From Thermodesulfobacteriota bacterium (GTDB lineage Bacteria; Desulfobacterota_D; UBA1144; Nemesobacterales; UBA2774): a stretch of 64,000 nt of DNA. Made by a program: the position numbers and the translations under genes. Below the pieces are notes generated by a model. The model was not told the origin of the DNA, did not search any database, and saw only the letters and a list, made by a program, of their open reading frames with translations. Below are positions 1 to 10,837 of this stretch, piece after piece. Position 1 is the first letter of the stretch, and each line of letters starts with the position of its first letter. The DNA lies in the NCBI GenBank assembly GCA_963422265.1, contig OY729416.1, positions 832,001 to 896,000 on the forward strand, read 5' to 3'.

Positions 1-682
1 CACTAAACTGAAACCAAACGAGTTTAATAGTCCCAGTGCCATCAGATATGACAACTTGATACAAACTCCTTCTGCTAGTGCGCACCTTGTCCGAAACCAC
101 TATCTGTCCTGAAATAGTCTCTCGCTCTCCCGGATGAAGCTGGGATATATTTCTTATCTTTCTTCTATCCTCATACCTTCTAGGAAAATAAAAAAGGGCT
201 TCATAGACGCTTGCTACTCCCTTTTTCCTCAATACTTCAGCAATTCTGGGTCCCACGCCGCGAACATATTTAACGGGGATCTGTTCAATTTCTCTACCCT
301 TCAACGTAGTCTTCTCGGCCTGTGGGGAGACCGCCCTTTGCTTCACATCACCACGCTCGGAGGCAGAGAGACTTTTATCAACTTGTTTAATGGCTGAAGA
401 GCCGCAATCTTTTCTTAACTTAGCAACAGTAGCGAGAGAGTTCTCTATAAGCTCCTTCCTGCTCTCAGTATCAAGGCTCTCATAATGAGAAAACATGTCT
501 CGTAAAGCCAGAAATTCCTCCTTATGGACATCAGAAGGCTGAAGCGATAAAGCCTTTAAAGTCAAATCATACACCAATTGATCAAGCGCCTTTACTTTGC
601 CTATGTTAGAGAAATCCTTCCTTGAGGCAAACTTGAGAGGCTTCTCCAGCGCGTCTAATACTTCAATAAGCGGTTCTGACAT
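1..682 (-). CDS. recG: ATP-dependent DNA helicase RecG, 5' part (runs off the window; missing from the ORF track)
   Basis: Manual translation from ATG at 682 gives MSEPLIEVLDALEKPLKF...PVKYVRGVGPRIAEVLRKKG...FYFPRRYEDRR...ISDGTGTIKLVWFQFS, matching RecG N-terminal/wedge motifs. The frame is open to the window edge. Confidence 0.9.
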   Translation of the reverse strand, partial: MSEPLIEVLDALEKPLKFASRKDFSNIGKVKALDQLVYDLTLKALSLQPSDVHKEEFLALRDMFSHYESLDTESRKELIENSLATVAKLRKDCGSSAIKQVDKSLSASERGDVKQRAVSPQAEKTTLKGREIEQIPVKYVRGVGPRIAEVLRKKGVASVYEALFYFPRRYEDRRKIRNISQLHPGERETISGQIVVSDKVRTSRRSLYQVVISDGTGTIKLVWFQFS

Positions 683-897
683 TCACTAAGGGTTTACACG
701 ATGATTTTAAGTTATTAGTTAGATAGAAAATCTACACATACTCTGACCAATTATCACATTAGATATAATGTTAATATATTTACGTTAATCCTTCCAAATT
801 TCCCTGTCCGCCTTCGTTCCGCTTGCTAGTTGAGCAGGTACAAGCAGGTTTGAAGTCCTTATTCCTCTGCGTGATACTAGATTGTGAATCTTTCTTG

Positions 898-975
898 TGG
901 TCGGGGTGGCCGGACTTGAACCGGCGGCCTCTGCGTCCCGAACGCAACGCTCTAGCCAATCTGAGCTACACCCCG
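898..975 (-). tRNA. tRNA-Pro(CGG)
   Basis: Reverse complement CGGGGTGTAGCTCAG...TTGCGTTCGGGACGCAG...GGTTCAAGTCC...CACCCCGACCA forms a cloverleaf with anticodon CGG and encoded CCA. Confidence 0.95.
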
Positions 976-1058
976 CCGATGCTTAATCTACTTATAATCT
1001 CAATCGGTCGCAAGCAATTGCCAACAATAAACATTATTGATTATTATAATAGGCGACT

Positions 1059-1856
1059 ATGAAGCTAAAAGAGCTTGGGAACACGGGAATTATGATTCCC
1101 GAAATAGGGCTTGGAACGTGGAGATATAAAGGCGGGGTGGAGCCTCTGAGGAAGGGAATAGAGCTTGGGGCTTCGTTAATCGACACGGCTGAGGGATACT
1201 ATACCGAAGACGTTGTCGGCGAGGCAATCAAGGGAACACGCGAAAAAGTATTTATAGCCACAAAGGTATCGGGCAGACATTTAAGCTACGATGGCGTGCT
1301 AAGAGCCGCGGAAGACAGCCTACGCAAGCTGGAGATGGATTACATTGATCTTTACCAAGTCCACTGGCCTAACCCATCCTACCCTTTAAGAGAAACAATG
1401 CGCGCTATGGGAGAACTTGCTGATAGAGGCATAGTGAGATTCATAGGGGTAAGCAATTTCGACGTTGACGAGCTTGAGGAGGCACAGTCTTACCTTCACA
1501 ACCACCCTATAGCTTCCAACCAAGTCTTATATAACCTAAACAGAAGAGAGATTGAAATAGACCTAATCCCTTACTGTGAAGAGCGAGGAATCTCCATACT
1601 TGCCTATACACCGCTTGACGATGGAAAACTAGCCAGGAACCCTGCGACAAACAAAAGGATGAGAGTATTAAAAGACATAGCCAAAGAGATAGGAAAAACT
1701 ATGGGGCAAGCCGCATTAAACTGGTGCACGTCACAAGAAAGAGTAATTGCAATTCCTAAATCAGACAGCGTGTCTAGAACAATAGAAAATTGTGGCTCCT
1801 CAGGCTGGCGATTATCGGAAGACCAAATAAAAAGGCTGGAAGAGGCTTTTTCCTGA
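1059..1856 (+). CDS. Aldo/keto reductase
   Basis: IGLGTW, IDTAEGY, IATKV, IDLYQVHWP, IGVSNF and IPKS motifs. Confidence 0.92.
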   Translation: MKLKELGNTGIMIPEIGLGTWRYKGGVEPLRKGIELGASLIDTAEGYYTEDVVGEAIKGTREKVFIATKVSGRHLSYDGVLRAAEDSLRKLEMDYIDLYQVHWPNPSYPLRETMRAMGELADRGIVRFIGVSNFDVDELEEAQSYLHNHPIASNQVLYNLNRREIEIDLIPYCEERGISILAYTPLDDGKLARNPATNKRMRVLKDIAKEIGKTMGQAALNWCTSQERVIAIPKSDSVSRTIENCGSSGWRLSEDQIKRLEEAFS

Positions 1857-1875
1857 AGCCTGCCTAACTACCACT

Positions 1876-2103
1876 TTACAAAGCTTGTTGATAAGAAACG
1901 TATTCAGCAACGCTCGCCGGTTGCGGTATAGGGTGGCTGGCTTCCTTCAAGCCTTCTATATGAAGCTCAACGGCTTCAGCCATGAGTCGCCTAGTTCTCT
2001 CTAACGTGTCCGCAGCAGCTACGCATCCTGGAAGGTCAGGAGCGTATGCGCTAAAACCATTATCAGCCTTCTCAATTATTATTAGATATTGCATTTGTTT
2101 CAC
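1876..2103 (-). CDS. hicB: HicB-family antitoxin (short form)
   Basis: FSAYAPDLPGCVAAADTLE...EAVELHIEGL pattern; overlaps the hicA stop. Confidence 0.88.
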   Translation of the reverse strand: MKQMQYLIIIEKADNGFSAYAPDLPGCVAAADTLERTRRLMAEAVELHIEGLKEASHPIPQPASVAEYVSYQQAL

Positions 2104-2297
2104 CTATTCTTCCTTAATCCTGCTTGCTTAAACACACTATGCTCTGTTCCCCTTTTCACGTCCTGCCCTAGATTCCCAGATACCGTTACTACACCAGGCT
2201 TAAATGGATGCCTGTATTGCCTATGCCCCGTTCCCTTGTATCTGCATAAATACCATCCATCACTTTCAATAACCTTTATTATTTCTCTAACCTTCAT
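2100..2297 (-). CDS. hicA: HicA-family mRNA interferase toxin
   Basis: MKVREIIKVIESDGW...GHRQYRHP.KPGVVTV...GT..SVFKQAGL; the conserved His is retained. Confidence 0.88.
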   Translation of the reverse strand: MKVREIIKVIESDGWYLCRYKGTGHRQYRHPFKPGVVTVSGNLGQDVKRGTEHSVFKQAGLRKNR

Positions 2298-2300
2298 TTA

Positions 2301-2332
2301 GATCAAATACCACAACGATCAAATACCACAAC
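2301..2332. repeat. Perfect 16-bp tandem duplication immediately upstream of hicA
   Basis: GATCAAATACCACAAC x2. Confidence 0.9.
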
Positions 2333-2554
2333 AATAAAACATTATATACAGATTAAGCTCTGTACACCACCAATCTATATTAACTTGTTCGAAATACTAA
2401 GCTGTTTGCAGTTTATCATAGCAAATATTTATTAAAATTATTGCAGAAGTGGGTGTAAATTGTAAAATATGGGTTGATGTTCTTCAACATTGAAGGGTTT
2501 TAGAGTTGTTAGCTCTTAACAAAACTCCAGTCTAGGATAAATCAAAGGTTATTC

Positions 2555-4384
2555 ATGCCAAACAATAGCTCAATAGATAAGATGAATTGGGATCTCTGTA
2601 CCTACTTCCCCGAGTTTAACGGGTCAGAGATGATACGGTTCAAGAAGATTCTTAAGGAAGATATAGAATCTATTAAGAAGGAAGCGTCTTCTCTCTCGCC
2701 TATCAACGATGAAAACATTCAGAAGTGGCAAAGCGTCTTCTTAAAAAACGAAGATATAATAGTGCGTTATTCACATCTACGATCTTATGTAGGATGTCTG
2801 GCTTCCGCTGACGGACTAAATGAAGATTTCTTAAAAGAAGAGGCTGAAATGTCCGCTCTGGGAGCAGAGCGCTCAAAACTCAACGTGGAGCTTATGAGAT
2901 CCTTAAAGGACGTAGAAGATGAAACGTTTGATAAATTTAAGGCGTGTGACGGTTTAGAAGGCGCCTCTTATTATCTGAGCAGGCTCCGTGAAGAATCACA
3001 AAAAAGGATGAGCACAGATAAGGAAATACTAGCCGCGGACCTGAGCATAGATGGAATAAGCGCATGGGGACGCCTTTACGACACCGTATCAAGCAAGCTT
3101 GAGTTTAATATGCAATACCCCGATGGAAGCGTTAAAAGACTTCCTATCTCTCAAAGACGCTCACTTATGGAAAAACCCGATAGGAAGATGCGAAAGGCAG
3201 CTTTTGACGGGGGAAATGAGGCATGGCGAAGCATAGAGGACGTAGCTGCTAGCGCCCTCAATGCCATCGCTGGCACGCGGCTTACCTTGAATCGTTACCG
3301 CGGGATTGACCATTTTCTTGATGAGGCTCTTTTTCAGTCTTCAATAAGCAAAAAAACGTTGGACTCTATGTTCGAAGCCATTTACTCCGAGCTAGAACTG
3401 CCTAAAAACATACTAAGGCTTAAGGCAGAAACAATGGGCAGAAAAGACGTTGCTTGGTATGATCTCGGGGCGCCACTTAATCTGAAAACTGAAGGACAAA
3501 GGCTCAACTGGGACAAAGCCAAAACCCTAGTAAAAAATTCCTTCTCGTTATCTTACCCAAAGCTAGGGAACTTCGTAAAAACGGCTTATGACAAAAAGTG
3601 GATAGATTGGGAACCACGGGGAGGGAAAAGACCCGGCGGCTTCTGCACGGGCTCGATGCTTACTAAGGAGTCGAGAATTTTTATGACTTACAACGAAACT
3701 ATCGGGGACGTGCTAACTCTAGCACATGAAGCGGGGCATGCTTTTCATAGTTACACAATGAGCAATATTCGTCCCTACGCGCACTTCTATCCGATGACGC
3801 TTGCGGAGTCCGCCTCTACGTTTGGGGAAATGATCTTAGCGGAAGGAATTCTTAAAGACCCCTCCGTAGATGATACTGAAAAAGCACTTATGCTTGACGC
3901 AGAAATCAATCATGGGGCAATATATCTGATGGATATACCTGTCCGATACGAATTTGAGAAAGCTTTTTATGAAGAACGACAGAACGGAGAGGTAAGCATC
4001 CGCCGTCTTAAAGAGCTGATGATGGAAACGCAGCGACGGATTTTCGGAGACTTGTTAGAGACGGGGGGTGAAGACCCATATTTTTGGGCTTCAAAGCTAC
4101 ACTTTTATATTACAGGAATTACTTTTTACAACTTTCCCTACACCTTTGGATACCTTCTGAGCCGTGGACTTTTCGCCATGCTTAAAAGAGAAGGAAAGAA
4201 ATTCCTGCCGAGATACGAAAATTTTTTATGCCTAACCGGCTCTGATACGGCAGAGAACGTCGCTAGAAAGAGTATATGCTGCAAAATAGATTCACCTGAG
4301 TTCTGGATTGAATCTATAAGAACCCTAGAAGAGCCAATGAAGAAGTTCAAAGCTCTATTACCTAAACTTTGTCTCAAAAAGTAG
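2555..4384 (+). CDS. M3B-family oligoendopeptidase (PepF-like)
   Basis: TLAHEAGHAFH zinc motif, GKRPGGFC, LAESASTFGE and FYNFPYTFG. Confidence 0.9.
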   Translation: MPNNSSIDKMNWDLCTYFPEFNGSEMIRFKKILKEDIESIKKEASSLSPINDENIQKWQSVFLKNEDIIVRYSHLRSYVGCLASADGLNEDFLKEEAEMSALGAERSKLNVELMRSLKDVEDETFDKFKACDGLEGASYYLSRLREESQKRMSTDKEILAADLSIDGISAWGRLYDTVSSKLEFNMQYPDGSVKRLPISQRRSLMEKPDRKMRKAAFDGGNEAWRSIEDVAASALNAIAGTRLTLNRYRGIDHFLDEALFQSSISKKTLDSMFEAIYSELELPKNILRLKAETMGRKDVAWYDLGAPLNLKTEGQRLNWDKAKTLVKNSFSLSYPKLGNFVKTAYDKKWIDWEPRGGKRPGGFCTGSMLTKESRIFMTYNETIGDVLTLAHEAGHAFHSYTMSNIRPYAHFYPMTLAESASTFGEMILAEGILKDPSVDDTEKALMLDAEINHGAIYLMDIPVRYEFEKAFYEERQNGEVSIRRLKELMMETQRRIFGDLLETGGEDPYFWASKLHFYITGITFYNFPYTFGYLLSRGLFAMLKREGKKFLPRYENFLCLTGSDTAENVARKSICCKIDSPEFWIESIRTLEEPMKKFKALLPKLCLKK

Positions 4385-5315
4385 TAAGTGGAGACACAAT
4401 AGCATGTCTAGGATCTATCGCCATATCGAAGATTAGCGACGCCATAACTACAAGCATATAAATTATAGAAACGCCAAAGGCTCTACCATAACACGAACTT
4501 GTTACGGCACTTCGCACAATTACATACAAGAAATACGCACCGGACAGGATAACGAAAACAGCGTAATACGAAGAGCAATATCCCAAAAACCAGATAGATA
4601 GAGAAAGAGGAAGCAGAGAAATTGAATAAATCATTATCATTATGTTAGTGTACTTGGCGCCCAGCGCAACGGGCATTACTGGCACGCCAGCCTTTTTATA
4701 ATCAAGTCTATATTTTTGGGCGAGCGCCCAGAAATGAGGGGGTTGCCAAAGCATCATAAAGCTAAAAAGAATATATCCGTCAAGACCTACGTGAGGTTTT
4801 ACCGAAGCATAGCCGATTAGAATGGGAAGCGCTCCGGGTAATCCCCCTAGTATCGTTCCGTAGGGCGAACTCCTTTTAAGATACAAGGTGTAAAGGAGCG
4901 TGTAGCCTAGTATCGCGGCTATTATGAGCAGGGCGCTTACAACGGTCAAATAATAAAACGATATAAACAACGATACCGCTATGAATACCATGGCGATAAA
5001 AATCGCCGTCCTTGTGCCAACAACCTCAAGGGCGCGGGCGCGCTTGCTCAACCTATTCATAAGCAGATCAATCCGCTTGTCTAAAATATTATTCAGAATT
5101 GCCGAGCCTGCAGCGCTCAGAAGTAAAGATACTAAGGTAAGCAGTATCAAGTTAATAGAAGGAAACCCTTTATGTGCTAAGACCATCCCAGCAAAACCAG
5201 TAAAAACAACACTTAAGATAATGCCCGGCTTTGAAAGAAGAATAGTTGAAACGACTATCTCCCGACTACTAAATTCTGGGATAACCTTTGCAGAGGGTTT
5301 ATCTACCTGCTCCAT
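4374..5315 (-). CDS. ctaB: Heme o synthase (protoheme IX farnesyltransferase)
   Basis: N..LD..ID..M.R, YT..LKR and WQPPHFWAL motifs; last gene of the cox operon. Confidence 0.92.
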   Translation of the reverse strand: MEQVDKPSAKVIPEFSSREIVVSTILLSKPGIILSVVFTGFAGMVLAHKGFPSINLILLTLVSLLLSAAGSAILNNILDKRIDLLMNRLSKRARALEVVGTRTAIFIAMVFIAVSLFISFYYLTVVSALLIIAAILGYTLLYTLYLKRSSPYGTILGGLPGALPILIGYASVKPHVGLDGYILFSFMMLWQPPHFWALAQKYRLDYKKAGVPVMPVALGAKYTNIMIMIYSISLLPLSLSIWFLGYCSSYYAVFVILSGAYFLYVIVRSAVTSSCYGRAFGVSIIYMLVVMASLIFDMAIDPRHAIVSPLTTF

Positions 5316-5348
5316 AGCACGCTCACTTATCTAACCAAGTTTATAAAA

Positions 5349-6203
5349 TTATACTTGACTTTCCTTCATACACCGACACCACATATATAAAGTAATTGAT
5401 AGGATCAGAAGAGCTACGGAAAGGTGCAATGCCGTAACCAAGAAATGAAGTTTAGCATATACGACCCCGGCTCCGAGTAAAATTTGAAGCGCTATAAAAC
5501 CGACAAGCATATATAATCTAGTGCGCTCTCCCTTGATCGGTTGGGATAGATAGGAAATGATCAGTAGTAAGATCGCAAAGAACGTAATGACATAAGCCAA
5601 TACCCTGTGGGCAAAATGATTAAATATAATTCCCGTAAGCTCGGGAGGTATTAGGTACCCGAGGCAAGTTGGAAAATCGGGACAGGCAAGACCAGAACCC
5701 GAATGCCTGACGTATGCCCCTAAAACTAGCTGGGTAAAAACTAGGACTGCTAAAAAGAAAAAAACGCCCTTATAGCCTGAAATACTAAACGTAGGCTTAT
5801 TTAGCTTGCCGTCAAATAGGTTAAGGTATAATGTGGCGGCGAAAATGATCATAGCGTTGGCAAAATGATAAGTCGTAAGATCTACCGGAAGCTCTTGTAA
5901 CACGACTATGCCACCCAAAATGATTTGGATTAAAAGAAGTAATACGGTTAAGATGGGAAGCAACTTGGCAATGCCTCTATAGACTCGAAACCTTTTATAG
6001 GCAAACACTATAAGAAAAATAGAAGTAATGGCGCCTATAACGCGGTGCATAAACTCCATATAAACGTCCCATCTGAAAGGAGGGATCAGCTTGCCATGGC
6101 AAAGCGGCCAGTCTGGACAGGCGAGACCAGCCTTCAAACCTGCTACCAGATTTCCCCAAACTAGCAAGATAAAAAGTAAAGTAAGGGCAACTTTGCCAAG
6201 CAT
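5349..6203 (-). CDS. ctaA: Heme A synthase (COX15/CtaA)
   Basis: AGLACPDWPLC, EFMHR, a second-half GLACPDFPTC and conserved His residues. Confidence 0.92.
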   Translation of the reverse strand: MLGKVALTLLFILLVWGNLVAGLKAGLACPDWPLCHGKLIPPFRWDVYMEFMHRVIGAITSIFLIVFAYKRFRVYRGIAKLLPILTVLLLLIQIILGGIVVLQELPVDLTTYHFANAMIIFAATLYLNLFDGKLNKPTFSISGYKGVFFFLAVLVFTQLVLGAYVRHSGSGLACPDFPTCLGYLIPPELTGIIFNHFAHRVLAYVITFFAILLLIISYLSQPIKGERTRLYMLVGFIALQILLGAGVVYAKLHFLVTALHLSVALLILSITLYMWCRCMKESQV

Positions 6204-6213
6204 GTGATATAGG

Positions 6214-6516
6214 TTAAGGCGTAACTCTCGTAAAAGTATCTAGTATAAGCATGCCTATTAGCAGAAATAGAAGAATTAACGGAAAGATCGCAAAACCCCA
6301 TGTAACCCCATCTTCAAATTTAAGGTGCATAAAGAAAAGAGCCACTATAGAGGCTTTGACAGAGGCAACCCCCATCGCAATCACGATGTTAAACATACCA
6401 AAATCTATATACGACACGTAAACCGTTATAAACGTAAGTGCCATGAGCACTATCCATACAACAGCATAAGCCTTATAACTAGTAACATGACGCTCTAGAT
6501 TATGATGCGTGCTCAT
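6214..6516 (-). CDS. Cytochrome c oxidase subunit IV (caa3-type)
   Basis: KASIVALFFMHLKFE motif, three hydrophobic segments and operon position. Confidence 0.88.
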   Translation of the reverse strand: MSTHHNLERHVTSYKAYAVVWIVLMALTFITVYVSYIDFGMFNIVIAMGVASVKASIVALFFMHLKFEDGVTWGFAIFPLILLFLLIGMLILDTFTRVTP

Positions 6517-6530
6517 TTTTCAATCCTCCG

Positions 6531-7136
6531 TTATCCTATCAAATAAAGTAATGGGAAGAGATAAATCCATATTAGGTCAACTAAATGCCAGTAAAGCCCC
6601 CCCATCTCTACGGGCGTGTTGTAACTTGCGTTAAACTTCCCCTTCATATTTAAGGCTAATATAACGGCGAGAAGAACGATACCGATGAAAACATGGAGCA
6701 TGTGGAGACCCGTCATTAGAAAATAAAGAGAAAAGAATATGCTCGTATCAGGATAAATGTGATGTGAGAATTTAGCACCGTATTCAAAATACTTAACTAC
6801 CCCAAAGGCTAATCCACAGAGGATAGTAATGCCTAGAAAAATAGACGTTAGCCTCTGCTTGCTTTTTTGTATCGCCGTAACAGCGATAGCCATGGTTAAA
6901 CTGCTGAAAATTAAAACACAAGTATTTATTGCACCCATTTCGCGGTTAAGCTCCAGATGTTGTTCCATAAACATCTCAGGATACTTAGCGCGAAATATAG
7001 CATAGGCAGCGAAAAGACCACCGAAGAGTATAATTTCTGTCCCTAGAAACAACCACATACCGAGTTTAGATACGCTATACGCGGTATCGGGATCCATGTG
7101 AAGACCGTGAGAATGTTCCACGTTCGCCTGTTCCAT
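6531..7136 (-). CDS. ctaE: Cytochrome c oxidase subunit III
   Basis: GMWLFLGTE, TGLHMLHV and YWHLVDLIW. The likely start is ATG 7136, in a TAATG overlap with the subunit I stop. Confidence 0.93.
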   Translation of the reverse strand: MEQANVEHSHGLHMDPDTAYSVSKLGMWLFLGTEIILFGGLFAAYAIFRAKYPEMFMEQHLELNREMGAINTCVLIFSSLTMAIAVTAIQKSKQRLTSIFLGITILCGLAFGVVKYFEYGAKFSHHIYPDTSIFFSLYFLMTGLHMLHVFIGIVLLAVILALNMKGKFNASYNTPVEMGGLYWHLVDLIWIYLFPLLYLIG

Positions 7137-8776
7137 TAGCTTAAACCTCCACTTCCTTGCCCTGTTTGCACGGGGACCTGCTTTTTCCCGTAACCATAAG
7201 TCCATTCGGTCACTTGCGGTATCTTATCAAAGTTCTCAAGGGGCGGAGGGGAAGGCACTTGCCACTCTAAGGAAAGAGAGCCGTAAGGGTTTTGCGATGC
7301 CTTCTCTCCTTTAAACAATCCTGATATTAAATTTATAAGCATAATTAGAATGCCCAGACCCAATATCCAAGAACCAAAAGTAGATAGAGACATAAGAGGC
7401 TCAAATTCTTCTGGATAAGTCGCGTATCTCCTAGGCATCCCCTGAACTCCAAGGAAAAACTGAGGGAAGAAAGTAACGTTGAAGCCGACAAAGACCAGAA
7501 ACCACGACAGCTTAGCGACGGACTCGTTGAACATCCTGCCAAACCACTTAGGGTACCAAAAGTGAAGAGCTCCGAAGAACCCCATTACCGTGCCGCCGAT
7601 CATCACGTAGTGCATGTGCGCAACTACAAAATAAGTATCGTGAAGGTGTATATCAGCCGCTAGCGCACCCAGGAAAAGCCCCGTTAGCCCTCCTATGGTA
7701 AAGAGAAAAACGAATCCCAAGGCGTAAAGCATAGCAGAGTGAAGTTGTATAGAGCCTTTGTAAAGAGTAGCTACCCAGTTAAAGACTTTGATCGCCGTAG
7801 GTATAGCGACAAGAAACGTCAGGAACGAAAATATGGTAGCGGCGAGTTCAGAAATACCGCTAGTAAACATGTGGTGCGCCCATACTAAAAAGCTAATAAA
7901 AGCAATACCTAAACTTGAATATGCAATCGCCCTGTAACCAAATATCGGCTTCCTTGCAAAAACTGGTATGATCTCGGATATTACACCCATCGCAGGAATA
8001 ATCATTATATATACGGCTGGGTGAGAGTAAAACCAAAAGAAGTTCTGAAAGAGCACTGGATCTCCGCCCTTCGCCGGGTCAAAAAAGCCGATGCCCAAAG
8101 TCCTCTCGGCTATCAAGAGCAAGAGCGTAATACCAACAACGGGAGTTGCCAGCAACTGAAGCACCGCCGTCGCGTAAGAAGCCCATATAAAAAGCGGCAG
8201 CCTATGCCAAGTCATACCCGGCGCCCTCATCTTGTGAATAGTAACGATAAAATTAAGTCCAGTAAGGATCGAAGAAAAACCTAAAACGAACACCCCGAAC
8301 GTCATTAATATGACGTCCGTGCCGGTAGTAGCGCTATATGGCGTGTAAAAAGTCCACCCCGTATCGGCAGGCTGTAAAAGCGCTATTAGCAAAATTAGCG
8401 TTCCGAGCAAGTAAATCCAGTAACTCCCTAGGTTAAGCTTTGGGAAAGCGACGTCAGGAGCGCCAATCATAAGGGGTATAAGAAAGTTACCGAAACTTGC
8501 TGCAAGACCCGGAACGATAAAGAAGAAAACCATAACCGAACCGTGCAAGGTAAACAAAACGTTATAAGTATGGGGACTTACAAAATCCGCATTATGAGTC
8601 AGAAGCTCAAACCTCATAAGGAGCGCAATAACGCCAGCAATCAGGAAAAAAATGGATATTGATACGAGATACAAAATACCTATGCGCTTATGGTCGGTAG
8701 TCAAAAGCCATGACCAAATTCCCTTCTTTTCCAGAAATGGGATATAAGCATTCGCGGCAATAGTGCTATCTGCCAT
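7136..8776 (-). CDS. ctaD: Cytochrome c oxidase subunit I (A2-type)
   Basis: [39 protein letters not shown] and GMPRRY. Confidence 0.97.
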   Translation of the reverse strand: MADSTIAANAYIPFLEKKGIWSWLLTTDHKRIGILYLVSISIFFLIAGVIALLMRFELLTHNADFVSPHTYNVLFTLHGSVMVFFFIVPGLAASFGNFLIPLMIGAPDVAFPKLNLGSYWIYLLGTLILLIALLQPADTGWTFYTPYSATTGTDVILMTFGVFVLGFSSILTGLNFIVTIHKMRAPGMTWHRLPLFIWASYATAVLQLLATPVVGITLLLLIAERTLGIGFFDPAKGGDPVLFQNFFWFYSHPAVYIMIIPAMGVISEIIPVFARKPIFGYRAIAYSSLGIAFISFLVWAHHMFTSGISELAATIFSFLTFLVAIPTAIKVFNWVATLYKGSIQLHSAMLYALGFVFLFTIGGLTGLFLGALAADIHLHDTYFVVAHMHYVMIGGTVMGFFGALHFWYPKWFGRMFNESVAKLSWFLVFVGFNVTFFPQFFLGVQGMPRRYATYPEEFEPLMSLSTFGSWILGLGILIMLINLISGLFKGEKASQNPYGSLSLEWQVPSPPPLENFDKIPQVTEWTYGYGKKQVPVQTGQGSGGLS

Positions 8777-8803
8777 TAAGTTGCCCTCCTTAAACCCTAA
8801 ACT

Positions 8804-9742
8804 TTATTCTAACGTTTTTATATACGCAATTAAGGCATCAATTTCCTGATCGGATAGTATGCCCTTAAACGAAGGCATAACGGGCTGAAAACCCTTTACG
8901 ACATCACCTTGAGGCTCCACAATTGATCGTCTTATATAATTCTCGTCAGCTATATAGCTCGAACCGTCTCCGAGCTCCCCAGCTCTGCCTACAAGCCCCT
9001 TTAGGGAAGGACCTATAAGGACGCTATCATCAATACTGTGGCAAGCATTGCACCCCTTTTCCTTATATACATTCTCGCCCAACTCAGCAGGGGGCAGCGT
9101 AGAAGCTACTGCTTGACCATCCACCGACATGCCCTTTTCCCATATATCATAAGCCTCTGGACTCAGCACCCTAACCTTTCCAAGCATCGCTGAGTGTCCG
9201 GCACCGCAGTACTCAGCGCAATAAAGGTCAAAAGTGCCTACTTTAGTAGGGGTGAACCAGAGTTGAGTATATCTGCCTGGAAGTATGTCCTGCTTTACTC
9301 TGAAATCAGGTATAAAGAAGCTATGCAAAACGTCATCAGCCCTCATTACCATTCTTACGGGTCTATTTTGCCTCACGTATAATTCGTTTAGCGTTTTCTT
9401 GCCGTTGTAATACTCAAAAGTCCACAGCCATTGTTTTCCTATTACCGTAACGTCAACGGCGTCCTTAGGAGCAGTTCTCATCTCTTTATATACTACGAAA
9501 CCATAAACAAAAAGCAGGATCAGTAATACTGAGGGGATTACCGTCCATATAAACTCAAGAGTTCCATTGCCAGTTATATAAGGGGTCTCTTCATCGTCTC
9601 TTTTCCTTCTGTACTTTACTGAGAAATAAACCAGGACTACAGAAATCAGAACAAAGAAAAAAAGTGATATAATGGTAATAATCCATAATAATCCATCTAC
9701 TTTACCAGCAAGATTCGATGCGACATCAGGAAGCCAAGTCAT
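8804..9742 (-). CDS. ctaC: Cytochrome c oxidase subunit II with C-terminal cytochrome c domain
   Basis: DVLHSF, CuA motif CAEYCGAGHSAM, heme c motif CNACH with a distal MP. Confidence 0.95.
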   Translation of the reverse strand: MTWLPDVASNLAGKVDGLLWIITIISLFFFVLISVVLVYFSVKYRRKRDDEETPYITGNGTLEFIWTVIPSVLLILLFVYGFVVYKEMRTAPKDAVDVTVIGKQWLWTFEYYNGKKTLNELYVRQNRPVRMVMRADDVLHSFFIPDFRVKQDILPGRYTQLWFTPTKVGTFDLYCAEYCGAGHSAMLGKVRVLSPEAYDIWEKGMSVDGQAVASTLPPAELGENVYKEKGCNACHSIDDSVLIGPSLKGLVGRAGELGDGSSYIADENYIRRSIVEPQGDVVKGFQPVMPSFKGILSDQEIDALIAYIKTLE

Positions 9743-10602
9743 CCGTCCTTTTGTAAACCTCCATTACTATTCACGTTCTTTTCTCGTCTCCAAAAATAAG
9801 CTAAAACCCCAGACAGCACCAACAGCGTAACGACGCCACCAGCTTTAACAACATTTAAGGCTTTTAGTGCATATCTTTTCCCTATGGGATCAAAACCATA
9901 ACAAAAAAGAAGGACTTTATTCAGCAGCTCGGAAGAACCAACCTTCCCTTGGGAAGCTTCAAGCAGCGCAAGCCTTAGATCAGTAGGATCGTGACGCATG
10001 CCGGGAAGGTATCGCGCTATCTTACCTTCAGGAGTAAGTATAATTAAAGAAGAGGCATGAGCAAACTCGCTTCCATCTTTCTTATAACTAAAACCCACTG
10101 CTTGCGTAAGTCTTTTTATATTTCCCTTATCACCAATCAAAAACTGCCAGTTATCATTTATTGACTGACCCCTTTTTATATCCCCTCGCAACTTAATGGC
10201 TTTTGAATTAGCCAATTCCCAACTGTCTTCGTGATCGAAACTAACGGTCAGCATTCTAAAATCAACCCCTAAAGACAGATCATATAGCTCATTTACGGAC
10301 TGCGCCAACCCCTTCAGGGCAAAATCACACACCCTGGGACAACTGTAGTAAACTAAACTCAGTATTGTAGGTTTATCATCGTTAGGAAGTAATTTGTTGA
10401 AAGTTATTGTCCCGTTATCTCCATTACGAAGTATAATGTCCTGAGGAATTACTTCACCCAACCTTTCATCAATCCCAATCTCCTTTACATCCCTAGAATC
10501 TGTAAGCGCTTGAACATAGTCAGACAGCGATAGAAAAACCAACGCTACCATGACAATTATTGAATTTACATTTACAACACTTTTACTCATCTGCTCATAC
10601 AT
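9739..10602 (-). CDS. SCO/SenC-family copper chaperone
   Basis: YYSCPRVC (CxxxC) and the FAH His ligand; first gene of the cox operon. Confidence 0.9.
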   Translation of the reverse strand: MYEQMSKSVVNVNSIIVMVALVFLSLSDYVQALTDSRDVKEIGIDERLGEVIPQDIILRNGDNGTITFNKLLPNDDKPTILSLVYYSCPRVCDFALKGLAQSVNELYDLSLGVDFRMLTVSFDHEDSWELANSKAIKLRGDIKRGQSINDNWQFLIGDKGNIKRLTQAVGFSYKKDGSEFAHASSLIILTPEGKIARYLPGMRHDPTDLRLALLEASQGKVGSSELLNKVLLFCYGFDPIGKRYALKALNVVKAGGVVTLLVLSGVLAYFWRREKNVNSNGGLQKDG

Positions 10603-10837
10603 GGAACAAACCCATCAGAACTAAGTCCATCATAACCACAGGATGAACTATTACAACATATTAAAACAACAACTCTTATGATCGTTCTTAACTAACAGTG
10701 GTGCATAAAGGATCTCAACAAATTAGAAACAGGATTTTATCTGAATTTATCATGCTGTCAAGTTATGACTTGGATGTAGAATATCACTACAATTCTATAA
10801 TTTGGCAAACAAAGAGTTTAATTTTAGAATAGTGACA

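Noticed and set aside
134-1062. ORFs 134..397 and 823..1062 (+)
   Set aside because: They are antisense to recG and tRNA-Pro respectively.
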